64,000 nt of DNA from Octopus vulgaris (taxonomy: Eukaryota). The first letter of the stretch is position 1. The number at the start of each line of letters is the position of its first letter. The translations under genes were made by a program, and so were the position numbers. Below are positions 1 through 11,868 of this stretch, piece after piece. The DNA lies in the NCBI GenBank assembly GCA_951406725.2, contig OX597824.1, positions 74,462,001 through 74,526,000 of the forward strand, given 5' to 3'. Below the pieces are notes generated by a model. That model was not told the DNA's origin, did not search any database, and was given only the letters and a program-made list of their open reading frames with translations.

Positions 1-611
1 CGAGACGGCATAACGTCGTCGCTCTAGTAGCTAAAAATATCAGTTAAATTTCTCCTCAAATCGCACCCGACTGTCCTAAAGAAGGAATGATACAAAGTGT
101 TATATATTCCTAGATATACCATGCCCCTGAATAACGTCTTTGATCATGGGACTACGCTCTCGTGTGTGACCTTGTCATTAAAAAAATAACAATACGTTGA
201 CACGAGTCAACAAGGGAAACTCTACGTTTTCAGTCGGCCTGCTAGAAATAGCAGCCGAATCACCCTCGAACTACACGCCAATGTCTTAAAAATGGGCAAG
301 ATATATTAGGTCATGTAGTCCTAGTCGCCTACAAAATGACAATGGTCAAGGTTGGAACTTCTGAACGTAAATCGGCCCAGTCAGGTCTGAAAACAACACT
401 GTTGTAGGAAAGAAAAAAAACATTAACAGATTTTCGTCATCAGTGTGGATAACTACACTGTCAACATAAAAAAAAAAAATCTGGGGGAAAAAATGGAAAT
501 ACTTCAATTTGCTGGAAGAAATTTAAAAAGATCCGAGTCCTAGATAAACAAAATTTAAGATGGGAAAGCAACTTCTAAAACAGTGGTTCTGGGATCCATA
601 TGGTCCCTGAG

Positions 612-3600
612 CAGTGTTGCCAACTTAAAATCAGAATTTTTTGCTTAATTTCAGTAGAAAAAATAGAAAGAAAAAAAAAAGCTAAACATTGCTAAATAAG
701 AAAAAAAAAAAAATCCTCATGAACAACAGGTAAACCCAAATATCCTTTAGCAGAATTTCAAGAAATTCATCTGACAACAAAAAATATGTACAGAGGAAAT
801 TATATCTTTAGTATAGATCCCACCTTATAAAGCTGACAGCTGTTTCATTCAGTGTTGCCAACTTTAAATCACAATTCTATGCTAAATTTCAGTAGAAAAA
901 ATACAAAAAAAAAAAAAATGCTAAATATCAAAAAGCTTAATTTTTATTTACATTTTTATTTACTTTCTTTAATTATATTCAGTATTGAGAAATTATTTCT
1001 TGAATTTCACTGATTTGATCACTTTCAGCTGTGGTGCCTAGGTCTTGACTTCTGTATACATTCAAGGTCACAATTTTGTTAATAATGTGTTTTGGAATAT
1101 CAAAGTTTTTGCAACATTTGCCATATCTTTTCAGGCCTTATTTTATTAACTGTATTGATCTGATCATAGGAAGATGCATTTTGTTCAATTTTGTTCAACC
1201 GTTCAATTTCTGCATTTGAGATTGGCAATGTCAAGAGATTATTGGCAAAATTTGCAACATCTCTAAAAGGATTTCCTCCAGTAGCATCTTTATATTCCAA
1301 GACTTCCAGCCAGAATGCCTCAGTGTTAGATGTATTTGTCCATTTAACTAAACAAATGCTATTAAAGTGAATTTCAATTGAAGCAATTCTTTCTTCATTT
1401 AAAAGCATTGCTTCTAAGACAGGTAAAATTGGTTCTTTGAAATGCTGCAAAATATTCTCTAAGGAAAAACATTTGGTATTCCTCAGTATATTAATATTTT
1501 CTGGTAAACGGTGCTTGAGCTCTTTATAAAGGCAGAGTAAAAATTGTTGTGCACTTTTGTGAATATTGTTTTCTTTGGTGGCTGTTACAGTCTTCTTGGT
1601 AATCATTTCTGCTATCTTTCTCTTGAACCTGTAGCCTAAATTTGGTTTAGGATCCAGAAATTTTTCAGTAGAAGCATCTGGATCAAGAGGATCAATTCTA
1701 CATGTTGGCAACATTATCATATTAGCAACAGATTTGATCAAATTTTGTTGACAGTGTTTGATTCAAACAGTTTATTCACTTCCTGAACATGTTTTAAAAT
1801 TGGATGCAAAAATAAAAGGTAAAGTTCATTCCCAGAATCACAAAACATTTTACGTAACGTTTGTGCTGTAAAGCACTTTTCTTTTGTAGCTGTAGTTTGG
1901 AAGTGAGTTTGCAATTCAAACCATAGGCTTAAAATTCTATTTACAGCTGGTTCTATTGACAGCCACCTAATTATACAAGAATTCACTATCTTCAAAGGCT
2001 CTTTATCATTGATAGCAAGGTAAAGTTGTTTGTAGGCACTTTGTCTTGTTGAAGAATGACAAAACCATTTATAGGTTTCAGATACTAAAAATTCTAAATT
2101 TATGGCAAGCATTCAGCACAAGTGTGGGATACTGCCAACTGTGAAGAATGACATATACATCTAAATAGAAGTAATGATGGAACTTCTTTTAGTTTCTGGA
2201 AAACACCATTGTTGACTCCTATTGTTACTCTAGTATTGTCAGTTCCTATAGCCAGTAAATTTTTTATATCTAATTTCTTTGTCACTAATTCAATTTTTAA
2301 TGCATCTACAATGCCATCTGCATCATATGTTTGTTTCTAAAGATACCATACTGAGATATGTCTGTACCACTTTTTTGTGAGTGTCACTATAATATATGAT
2401 AACAATTCCTAACAATTTGTTTATCGATATATCATTGGATCCATCTAATAACCGGCTAAATTTTGTATTTCCTATATCAGAAATTAAATCTCCATCAACG
2501 TATGGAGCTAGAACATTTCTTATGATATTTGCACATTTTGTACGATGCAACTTCACTTTGGATATAATATCACTATCAGACATAATTCTTACATAACTCT
2601 AAGTGATCGCAGTTATTAAATGATGAGTGGCAACAAATAAACATTGCTAAATTTGCTTCAAGCATAGATATCTTATCATTTTTGGCTTCAATAAAATTGG
2701 TAAGAGGAATCATTTGCTGTGGAGTTGATGCCTTATGTTTCATTGCTTCACAGTGGCTTACTAAAAGAGAATATTTTGCCAACATATTACATCTACAATA
2801 TCTGCAATGTGCTTTAGGTACTTCACTCAACCACTTAGTAAATGCTGGCATCTTAAGCCATTCTTTCAGAATTTTTGCTGGTACAACTTTGTTTTTTCTT
2901 TGCTCATTATAATGTAGTGGGAAGCAAGAAAATAAATTGAATGTTTAATAAAGATATAAAATTGAAAACACGACTTATCAGTTTGCCACTAACAATTCTT
3001 TCATTTGTCATTAACAATTCTTATGTTTGCTACTTACAAATTCTTGAGGTGAAGAATACTGATTCAGGATGCAGAGTGGCCAACTTATAAATGGAAAAGC
3101 AGAATCTTCAGAAATCCTAAAACTGTGTTCTGATATAAACCTGGGAACATCATATTTGCTTCCAATCTTACATTTAATATCTATTGGTAAAACCACAAAT
3201 ATAACTACAATCCTTGAAAAAAAAAAAAAGAAGTAGAAATATAAAAGGGGAGACTCCACCATTCCCGTACATCTATACAAGATATATAATCCAAAACAAG
3301 CATGATAAAATACAGGCCTATTTTAAAACAGTCAAAGTGAAAGTAAATCAGTCAACCTGTCCTGATAAAAACTCATCACTACAGAATAAAGCATTGTTTG
3401 GATGAATTTCCTTGCTTTCATTCTTTGCAACATATTTACATTATTGTGCAGTGAGTTCAGGTGCTGACACAAGTTATCCCCCCACCACACAACACCACCA
3501 CCACTCTGTATCAAAGCCGGCGGGGGGTGGGGTCTGGGAAAGTTCATAACTTGATAAACTTTCTTTTGATAAACTTTCATTTGAAGTTTCAAGAAAGTGA

Positions 3601-3845
3601 AAAAAAATTCAACAATAGCCGATAGTACTAAAATATGGCTATAAAACACATTAACGGAAGTAGAAAAGGAGGACAAAGAAGAAAAAAGGTTAACTATGGT
3701 GGAAATGTCACGATCAGAAAAAAATGCTAAATAAAATTTTAAACTTGCTATTTTCCCTACTGAATGCTAAATTCAAAAATTTTCTGATAAATACAGAAGA
3801 AAAAATGCTAGATATAGTATAAAATATGCTAAATCGGCAACCCTG
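612..3845 (-). mobile_element. hAT-superfamily DNA transposon of about 3.2 kb with a decayed transposase
   Basis: Imperfect TIRs CAGTGTTGCCAACTT and rc CAGGGTTGCCGATTT; 8-bp TSD tccctgag (604-611) / cccctgag (3846-3853); repeated GCTAAAT subterminal motifs at both ends; transposase inside. Confidence 0.9.
1100..2851 (-). pseudogene. Frameshifted hAT transposase
   Basis: Five adjacent minus-strand ORFs give the motifs in order: N-terminal Zn finger (WL..AHCRYC..H...KH), LLDGSNDIS (D1), IGTDN (D2), CICH (CxxH), RWLS, and the hATC dimerisation motif LPISNAEIER. Confidence 0.9.
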
Positions 3846-4593
3846 CCCCTGAGGGTTCATATCAGATTTTTGGGGTCCACGCAACAAATTAGTAAATTGG
3901 GGATCCATAATAGTATTTTAAGGGTCACTGAAAAAAATTTGTATTGGTATTTATTGCAAAAAACAGCTAGGTTTTTTTTCTTGAGTGTTTTACATAGTTC
4001 AACCTACACAAGTCAATGTGTGGAAAATAAAATAAGAATTTTGAAAGAAAGAAGCATCTATAAAACTAGTTTTTAAACATTGAATGGCTGTGGTGGTCCA
4101 CCGGAATCAAATAGTAATCCAAGGGGTTCCATAGACAAAAAAATGGTCAAGAACTCCTGGTCTAAAATGTCGATGGCCACAGGTCCGTCTGCTGGACCTG
4201 AGGTTAGGTTACAACAACATGATTTGTCCAAGAAATACTTTGTCATCAGAGAAAAGAAAAAGTGATTAAAAATTAGATACATTTATTTGATATTTGTTGA
4301 ATGCATGCTGTGGTTTTTCTGGACAGGTTTACCCCACCTCATACATATTAAGCTTATCTTAAGAATTTTATACACGTGCATATATGTATATCTATTATCT
4401 GTTACAGTCTTTAGACAGCAGCCACACTGGGACACTGCCATGAAGAATTTTTAGCTGAATGAACTGATTCCAGTACCAATATTTTTTTCTTTAAGTCTAG
4501 TATTACACCTGTGCCTTATACATACACACATATATTTAAATCACAGTATATGGATTCAAGTAATCCGGTAATACTCATTAAAAAGCTCCTTAA

Positions 4594-4816
4594 CCCTTTC
4601 GTTACCAACCCGGCTGAAACCGGCTCTAGCTCTTTAGTACAAATGTCTTGTTTTCATAAGTTTTGAATTAAAATCTTCCACCAAACCTTAGTCACAATTT
4701 ATGTTCCTAACATTAAGCTTAATGATAACTGAGTTATTTTACTAAATTTCTTGTTATATTTAAAATTAATTGAAAGAAACACAGAGCATCTCAAAATGAA
4801 TACAGTAACAAAAGGG
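4594..4816. mobile_element. piggyBac-type MITE (223 bp)
   Basis: TTAA|CCCTTTCGTTAC ... GTAACAAAAGGG|TTAA; homologous copies at 31037-31479 and 42664-42845. Confidence 0.9.
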
Positions 4817-4953
4817 TTAATGTATCATTCTACAAAACATTTTTTATAGAATACATAGTACAACACAAGGGAAAATGATAAGGAGTCATAAATGACAGAG
4901 AAATAGTTTGATGAAATTTAAGAATAAGGAAATTCTAATATCCTGACTTTATA

Positions 4954-4991
<38 letters not shown>

Positions 4992-5323
4992 CAGTGGAGG
5001 ATCTACTATAAAACTAATGAAGCTTAAGCTTCAGGGGTCCTAATACCAGAGAGGCCCCTCTGATCAAAAACTGTAGGGGGGCATGATTTAAGGCCTATTT
5101 ACCTATTTTCAACTAGAAAGCTGAAATTTCAGATATACTATATCTACATTGCATTGAGTCAGCACACCAAGTTTGGTAAAAACTTGAGCAGGCGTTAATG
5201 AACTCCACTCCTAGAATTTTGCATGATTTAGGTCAAAAGCGGTGATCGATTTCATAAGTTGGGAATGACGTTGTTTTCAAAGGAAGCAAAATAAATGTTG
5301 GTTTCCTGACTTTTATAAAATTA

Positions 5324-5830
5324 CTAGCAGTATCGCCCGGCGTTGCTCGGGTTTGTAAGGGAAATAACTATATAAGCATTTTTAGAGAGTTACTTCCCTT
5401 ATAGATGCCAATTCGGGCTTTCTTAGCCATTTCTGTTTTGGTGTCTTCAAGCCATGAAGTCATTGTTCTAAAAGAACGCTGGTCTCCTTGACAACGCTTT
5501 ACGACGTTGATTTCCTTACACTCCCTTCCCCACAGCTTCACGAGGGAGGGAAGAAGCAAACAGGTGCAGGTGTGACCATGGACGCCAACTCCGCTGCCAT
5601 CGACACACGAAAAATTATGCATTAAAATGGAATAAAAAATGATGTTAAATTATTTTTAAAATCGTAGACTCATCGTAGACACGCGCTAATACTCAGACGG
5701 GCTCGATATGAATCACGACTATAAGATACCCGAATTTGGTTAAACTGCACCGCAAAATGTGGGAGTAGTTAGGAATCTAAATCGAAGGGGACAGACACTC
5801 ACACAACTACAGTTTTATATATATAGAAGA
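5324..5830 (-). mobile_element. Non-autonomous Helitron
   Basis: Minus strand reads A|TC...CTAG|T with the subterminal hairpin CCCGAGCAACGCCGGG about 10 nt before CTAG; no TSD. Confidence 0.85.
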
Positions 5831-5931
5831 TTCATCGAATTACAGTATAGGGTTATTAGGTTGTGAAAAAGTCATAACCCTAATATATATTTGTGTGTGT
5901 GTGTGTATGCATATATGTGTGTGTGTGTATG

Positions 5932-5977
<46 letters not shown>

Positions 5978-6164
5978 CACATGTGTATACTATTTATCTA
6001 TCTATCTATCTATCTATTTATCTATTTGTATATACATAGGCCTGTATATCTGTGTTTGAAAGTTTTATCAGAAATGTGTTCTTTTTTTTGTACGTGAGCA
6101 GGATTCATACATTGTTTTGTATAATGTTATATTGTATTATTATACGCCAGTTCTAATATTCTTT

Positions 6165-6389
6165 TGCTCCTTGACTCTTTTACTTGTTTCAGTCATGTGG
6201 CTGTGACCATGCTGGAGCACTGCCTTTAGTCGAGCAAATTGACCCCAGGACGTATTCTTTGGAAGCCTAGTACTCATTCTATCAGTCTCTTTTGCCGCTA
6301 AGTTACGGGAATGTAAGCACACCAGCATTGCTTGTCAGGCAATGTTGGAGGGGACAAACACAGACACACTAACGTATACACACACAAAC

Positions 6390-6461
<72 letters not shown>

Positions 6462-6619
6462 GACGGGCTTCTTTCAGTCTACCAAATCCACTCAGAAAGC
6501 TTTGGTCGGCCTGAGACTATAGTAGAAGACACTTGCCCAAGGTACCACGCAGTGGGACTGAACCCAGAACCATGTAGTTGGTAAGCAAGTTACTTACCAC
6601 ACAGTCACTCCTGTGCCTA
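6165..6619 (-). mobile_element. Composite tRNA-like SINE (family B) with internal TA/TG microsatellite
   Basis: Head GGAGTGGCTGTGTGGTAAGTAGCTTGC, CORE-like CCTTGGGCAAGTGTCTT, tail CAGCATGGCCGCAGTCAAATGACTGAAACAAGTAAAAGAG (family consensus); more than 10 copies in the window. Confidence 0.85.
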
Positions 6620-6807
6620 TATGTTAGCTTGAAAAAAAAATGTTATATTTCTCAATGTCATTGACTTTTATACATGGTGACTAATTAGAGTGAATTGGGA
6701 CTCCAGAACTCTGATAAGAGACTTGCACTCGTGCAACTTAAGCTTTGAATAGCAGCCAAGTTATTCATCATCATCATCAGTATCTTTATGTGTATGTGTG
6801 TGTATAA

Positions 6808-6838
<31 letters not shown>

Positions 6839-7069
6839 TATATCTACACACACACATACATGAATGTGTGTGTGATAAGAACCAATGCATGAACCTCTTG
6901 GACCCTGTGTCACTCTGTTACTTCTGCTAAATATTAATTAAAAAAAAGATACATATATATGTTTACATATTTGTTTTGCATGATTTTTGATGTGAAATCG
7001 TGCGTTGAAACAGATATTGTTCTATTTGGGGATGATCTATTTTTGACAATTATTTTTGAAAATGACTAG

Positions 7070-7700
7070 TGACCGAGACCTTTGGAAATACACAGTACAT
7101 GAGAAGACCTGGCAAACCAAGTGAGGCCATAACCTGTGGCCTATGCCAGGGTTGTAACCAGCCCACTTATGCATACCTTTCCTTCATTGGACACTAAACT
7201 CTGCAAAGACCTGTTGAGGCAAGTGAAATCGAAATCAAATCAAATTCACAAATTTGATGACTGGCACTCATACCAGTGGAATGCTAAGAGCACCATCCGA
7301 GCATGATCTCTGCCAGAGCAGCTGACTGCCTTCTGGTGGCACGTAAAAAGCACAATCCAAATGTGATTGTTACCAGCATTGCCTTACTGGCACTTGTGCT
7401 GGTGCCATGTGAAAAACATTCGAGCAAGGTCGCTGGATTGGCTCCTGTGCAGGTGGCATGTAAAAAACATCATTTGAGCATGGCCGTTGCCAGTACCGCC
7501 TGATTGGCCCGCATGCCGGTGGCATATAAAAGCATCCACTACACTCTCGGAATGGTTGGCATTAGGAAGGGCATCCAGCTGTATAAACTCTGCCAGATCA
7601 GATTGGATCCTGGTGCAGCTATCTGGTTCGCCAGTCCTTAGTCAAATTGTCCAACCCATGCTAGCATGGAAAGCAGACATTAAACGATGATGATGATGAT
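7070..7700 (+). mobile_element. 3' UTR relic of an RTE-type LINE or derived SINE (family C), ending in (GAT)n
   Basis: Internal GGTGGCACGTAAAAAGCAC repeats, GGAAGGGCATCCAGCTGTA, and CCAACCCATGCTAGCATGGAAA followed by (GAT)n; also at 11215-11770, 13370-13640, 14007-14155, 17320-17600, 28640-28775, 29040-29310 and 53555-54095. Confidence 0.7.
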
Positions 7701-7713
7701 TATGATCCACCTG

Positions 7714-7749
<36 letters not shown>

Positions 7750-8128
7750 TTAGTTTTCACTTCACCTTTATTATTATTCTTACTAAAGTGTTCTTTGTGT
7801 GCAATCTTTTGTCACACATCCTGTGACCTCTTCAACAACTTTCCATCACCCTTTTCTCTTCCTCGTCTGTTTAGCCCATTCTGTCTTACAGGACTAAACA
7901 GAACAGGGGGAGAAATATGGGATGGAGAGTCACTGAAGAGGTTACAAGGTGTTTGATGAAAGAGCTTAGACAAAGGATACTAAAATAATAATAATTATTA
8001 TAAAGCTGAAGTGGAAAACAAATATGTAGTGCATGAGGTTAATTGGCCAAAATATGACCATTCCTAACTATCATCATCCTCATCCTTTAATGTCCATTAT
8101 CCATGCTGAACAATATCCATTGTCCATC

Positions 8129-8165
<37 letters not shown>

Positions 8166-8333
8166 AAAGGGTAATAATTTTTGATTTTCACTCTCGATAA
8201 ATTTATCCCTTTTTTTGTGCCCTTAGCACTTGGCATCCTTATTTAGGAGCTCTTAATTATATTTATATATATATATATATATCACGTGATCACGTGACCG
8301 ACCAGGCTATCAGATGATGCTACACATTGCTGG

Positions 8334-8433
8334 NNNNNNNNNNNNNNNNNNNNNNNNNNNNNNNNNNNNNNNNNNNNNNNNNNNNNNNNNNNNNNNNNNN
8401 NNNNNNNNNNNNNNNNNNNNNNNNNNNNNNNNN
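8334..8433. other. Assembly gap (100 N)
   Basis: Run of n characters. Confidence 1.
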
Positions 8434-8685
8434 CAAAGGGCCATTGCTGACATTTAAGCAATAACAATAGTAAAGAGTTACAAACTAAATGGTCCCTTTC
8501 TTTCTTCCTTCCTTCCTTTCTCTCTTCCTTTATTTATTTAATGGTTTATTTATTTATTTTTATGACTTGATAGCCTCAAATTTTAGAGATTACTGCTCAG
8601 ACTAGAGGTGTGGTACCTTTTCAGTATCACAAAAAATTTCAAATACATAAGAATTTGTTAAGAGTGTATGTGTAATGAGGAAAAC

Positions 8686-9116
8686 GGATCTTTTCGGTTT
8701 GAACAGCAATTTTTAACATAATTTCTAGGTAACTAAAAAATTTTAAACTTCGTATACTGGTAGAATGTGTTTATAAAACATCTTTTTCTCTTGGCTTTAT
8801 TGAGAAAATTCTATAGTTTGTAAGATATTTGTTGGTTTTTTTCTTCAATTTCTGCAATTTCAACCAATCACTGACGTCTATTGAGGTAAAAAAAACATTC
8901 TGTGCCATATGAATATGTCCCTCGTTTAAGAAACAGATTGGGTTTATTTACATTTGTGAAGAAAAAAAGATACCCTTCTTCCCACCCCTTACCCTAACCC
9001 TCACCCTAACCCTAAAACAGATTGAAATGCAATAGATCGATACTAGGGTCATAATTATGGGTGACAATTTCATATGACACCGCTAGAAAACACTGCCATT
9101 CAAACCAAAAAGATCC
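8686..9116. mobile_element. MITE with about 28-bp TIRs, perfect 8-bp TSD and internal telomere-like repeats (Merlin-like)
   Basis: TIRs GGATCTTTTCGGTTTGAACAGCA and rc GGATCTTTTTGGTTTGAATGGCA; TSD aggaaaac at 8678-8685 and 9117-9124; (CCCTAA)-like x5 at 8986-9015. Confidence 0.85.
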
Positions 9117-9309
9117 AGGAAAACATTGGATCTTTGATTATTTTACTAACTCACAACCCCCAGACATGGTTGTATGGCTGCATTGTTCTCTTTGTTACCA
9201 CATGGTCATGAGTTCTATCTCATCGTGTGACACCTTGAGCAAATATCTTCTGTTAATACCTCAGGCCAACCAATGCATTGTGAGTAAAAATAATAAATAA
9301 TAAAATAAA

Positions 9310-9762
9310 TGCGCCCTTTTAAAGCCTAGCCAGGTTCATAGGCCCGGTTTCCCGGTTTCAATGGCATATGTATTCCCCCCAGCTGGACGGGACGCCAGTC
9401 CATCACAGTGTCTGCGCCCTTTTAAAGCCTAGCCAGGCTCATGGGCCCGGTTTCCCGGTTTCAATGGCGTATGTATTCCCCCCAGCTGGACAGGACGCCA
9501 GTCCATCACAGCGTCTGCGCCCTTTTAAAGCCTAGCCAGGCTCATGGGCCCGGTTTCCCAGTTTCAGCGGCGTATGTATTCTCCAGCTGGATGGGACGCC
9601 AGTCCATCGCAGTGTTACTCATTTTTGCCAGCTGAGTGGACTTCAGCAATGTGAAATGAAGTGTTTTGCTCAAGAACACAATACGTTGCCCAGTCCAGGA
9701 ATTGAAACCACAATCTTACGATCATGATGCTGACACCCTAACCACTAAGCTATGCGCCTCCA
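9310..9762 (-). mobile_element. tRNA-headed SINE (CORE-like plus Meta/V-like domain) with a triplicated 103-bp 3' part
   Basis: Minus-strand head TGGAGGCGCATAGCTTAGTGGTTAG with B-box-like GGTTTCAATTCC; units start at 9310, 9413 and 9516. Confidence 0.8.
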
Positions 9763-10109
9763 CCTGAGTAAAGATGGTTGGCAAAAACTATATTGAAGAT
9801 TGTTGTTTGTGCATGCATGTGTTTGTGTGTGTGTATGTGTGTGTGTGTGTGTGTGTTCATATATCATCATCATTTAGTGTCCACTATTTCATGCTTGCAT
9901 GGGTCAAGTATAATTTACTGAGACTGATTTTCTACGGCTGGATGCCCTTCTTGTTGCCAGAAATTCCTGCAGCAGTACTGAAACAATCCCTTAATGACAA
10001 CCCCTGAATCACATGGTCTTGCCAAACACTTGTTTTCTGTGGTCTCCCTCATTTTTCTAATGATGCAAACGAGCTTGTTTCTTCATAAAACTTGAGTATT
10101 CTTTAAACA

Positions 10110-10409
10110 GTGGAGGCACAATGGCCCAGTGGTTAGGGCAGTGGACTCGCGGTCAGAGGATCGCAGTTTCGATTCCCAGACCGGGCGTTGTGTGTGTTTA
10201 TTGAGCGAAAACACCTAAAAGCTCCACGAGGCTCCAGCAGGGGGTGGTGGCAACCCCTGTTGTACTCTTTCGCCCCAACTTTCTCTCACTCTCTCTTCCT
10301 GTTTCTTGAGTAATGCTGCAATGGACTGGCATCCCATCCAGCGGGGGGAACACATACACCACAGAAACCGGGAAACTGGGCTCATGAGACAGGCGCATAA
10401 AACAAAAAA
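10110..10409 (+). mobile_element. tRNA-derived SINE (family D) with Meta/V-like domain
   Basis: A box TGGCCCAGTGG, B box GTTTCGATTCC, GGACTGGCATCCCATCCAG...CAGAAACCGGG; 12-bp TSD attctttaaaca (10098-10109 / 10410-10421); relatives at 13645-13940, 26700-26993 and 55482-55783. Confidence 0.85.
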
Positions 10410-10991
10410 ATTCTTTAAACAACACACTTAAATCTGTTACTATCTTTGGCAATAGCAGAAATAGCAATAGCCAATCCTTCTTTTTTCAATGTGACCACTC
10501 ACTTCCTGAGGCATTCATCAACTTTATGTTGGTTTCCCATGGTTATTAATTCACTACTGTTCAATATGAATCTTCACACTGTTAGGTCAACTTAGCTGGA
10601 GTTTTGCCAGATTTTACTTTTTCAATTTTACACCATACATTCTCTAATTCTGTCCTGCTTGTATTTTTTGCAAATAAAAATTTTCTCTATTATAAATCAT
10701 TTAGTTATTAATCACTTCATACAAAATTTATTGTAAGTAATGAACATACTTTAAAGTATATGCCATTAAAAATCTCATTCAGAAAAATGAAGCAGAAATG
10801 TAAACATCTTTAGATTCCATTTTTGTTCTCTAATTTTGAGAATATATATATATATATATATAAAGGCGGTGCTCCAGCATGGCCGCAGTCAAATGACTGA
10901 AACAAATAAAAGAGTAAAAAGAGTATATATATACGTTTAAATATTTGTTGTGCAAGATTTTTTATGTGAAGTCGTGTGTTAAAACAGATAT

Positions 10992-11116
10992 TGTTATATT
11001 TCGGAATGGTCATTTTGCCAGTGTAGCCAATAATACTGAAGCAAAATAACACCAAATATATAGTGCGTGTTTTTATTGGCTAAACTGGCAAAGTGACCAT
11101 CATTCCGAAATATAAC

Positions 11117-11117
<1 letters not shown>
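10992..11117. repeat. Short fold-back inverted repeat with arms of about 42 bp
   Basis: tgttatatttcggaatggtcattttgccagtgtagccaataa (10992-11033) versus its near reverse complement at 11073-11117. Confidence 0.8.
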
Positions 11118-11206
<89 letters not shown>

Positions 11207-11767
11207 ATATATGTATAACCTTGTGGCCTATGCCAGGGGTGTAACCAGCCCACTTATGCGTACCTTTCTTTCATTGGACACTAAACTCTGCTTGCAAAAA
11301 CCTGTTGAGGCAAGTGAAATTGAAATCAAATTCGATGACTGGCATCTGTGCTAGTGGAGCGCTAAGAGCACCATCCGAGCATGATCGTTGCCAAAGCGGC
11401 TAACTGGCTTCTGTGCTGGTGGCACGTAAAAAGCACCATTTGAGCGTGGTCGTTACCAGCGTCACCTTACTGGCACTTGTGCTGGTGGTACAGGCACGTG
11501 AAAAAAACATTCAGGTGAGGTCATTGCCAGTGCCGCTACACCATTTGAGCATGGCCTTTGCCAGTACCGTGTGACTGGCCCTCATACCGGTGACATGTAA
11601 AAGCACCCACTACACTCTCGGAGTGGTTGGCGTTAGGAAGGGCATCCAGTTGTAGAAACTCTGCCAGAACAGATTGGAGCCTGGTGCAGACATCTGGTTC
11701 ACCAATCCTCAGTCAAATCATCCAACCCATGCTAGCATGGAAAGCAGACGCTAAACAATGATGATAA

Positions 11768-11847
<80 letters not shown>

Positions 11848-11868
11848 TTATATGCTTACATATACATA

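Larger units (their letters stand above)
581..4159. mobile_element. Non-autonomous hAT (Charlie-like) MITE of about 340 bp, split by the 612-3845 insertion
   Basis: Left end CAGTGGTTCT at 581; right end AGAACTCCTG at 4150-4159 (8/10 inverted match); flanks ttctaaaa (573-580) and gtctaaaa (4160-4167) form a 7/8 8-bp TSD. Confidence 0.75.

Noticed and set aside
8986-9015. Chromosome end or fusion scar
   Set aside because: Only five degenerate units, lying inside a TSD-flanked MITE
10110-10185. tRNA gene
   Set aside because: A and B boxes run into a SINE body flanked by a TSD, with no proper acceptor stem; the same applies at about 26920-26993 and 55710-55783
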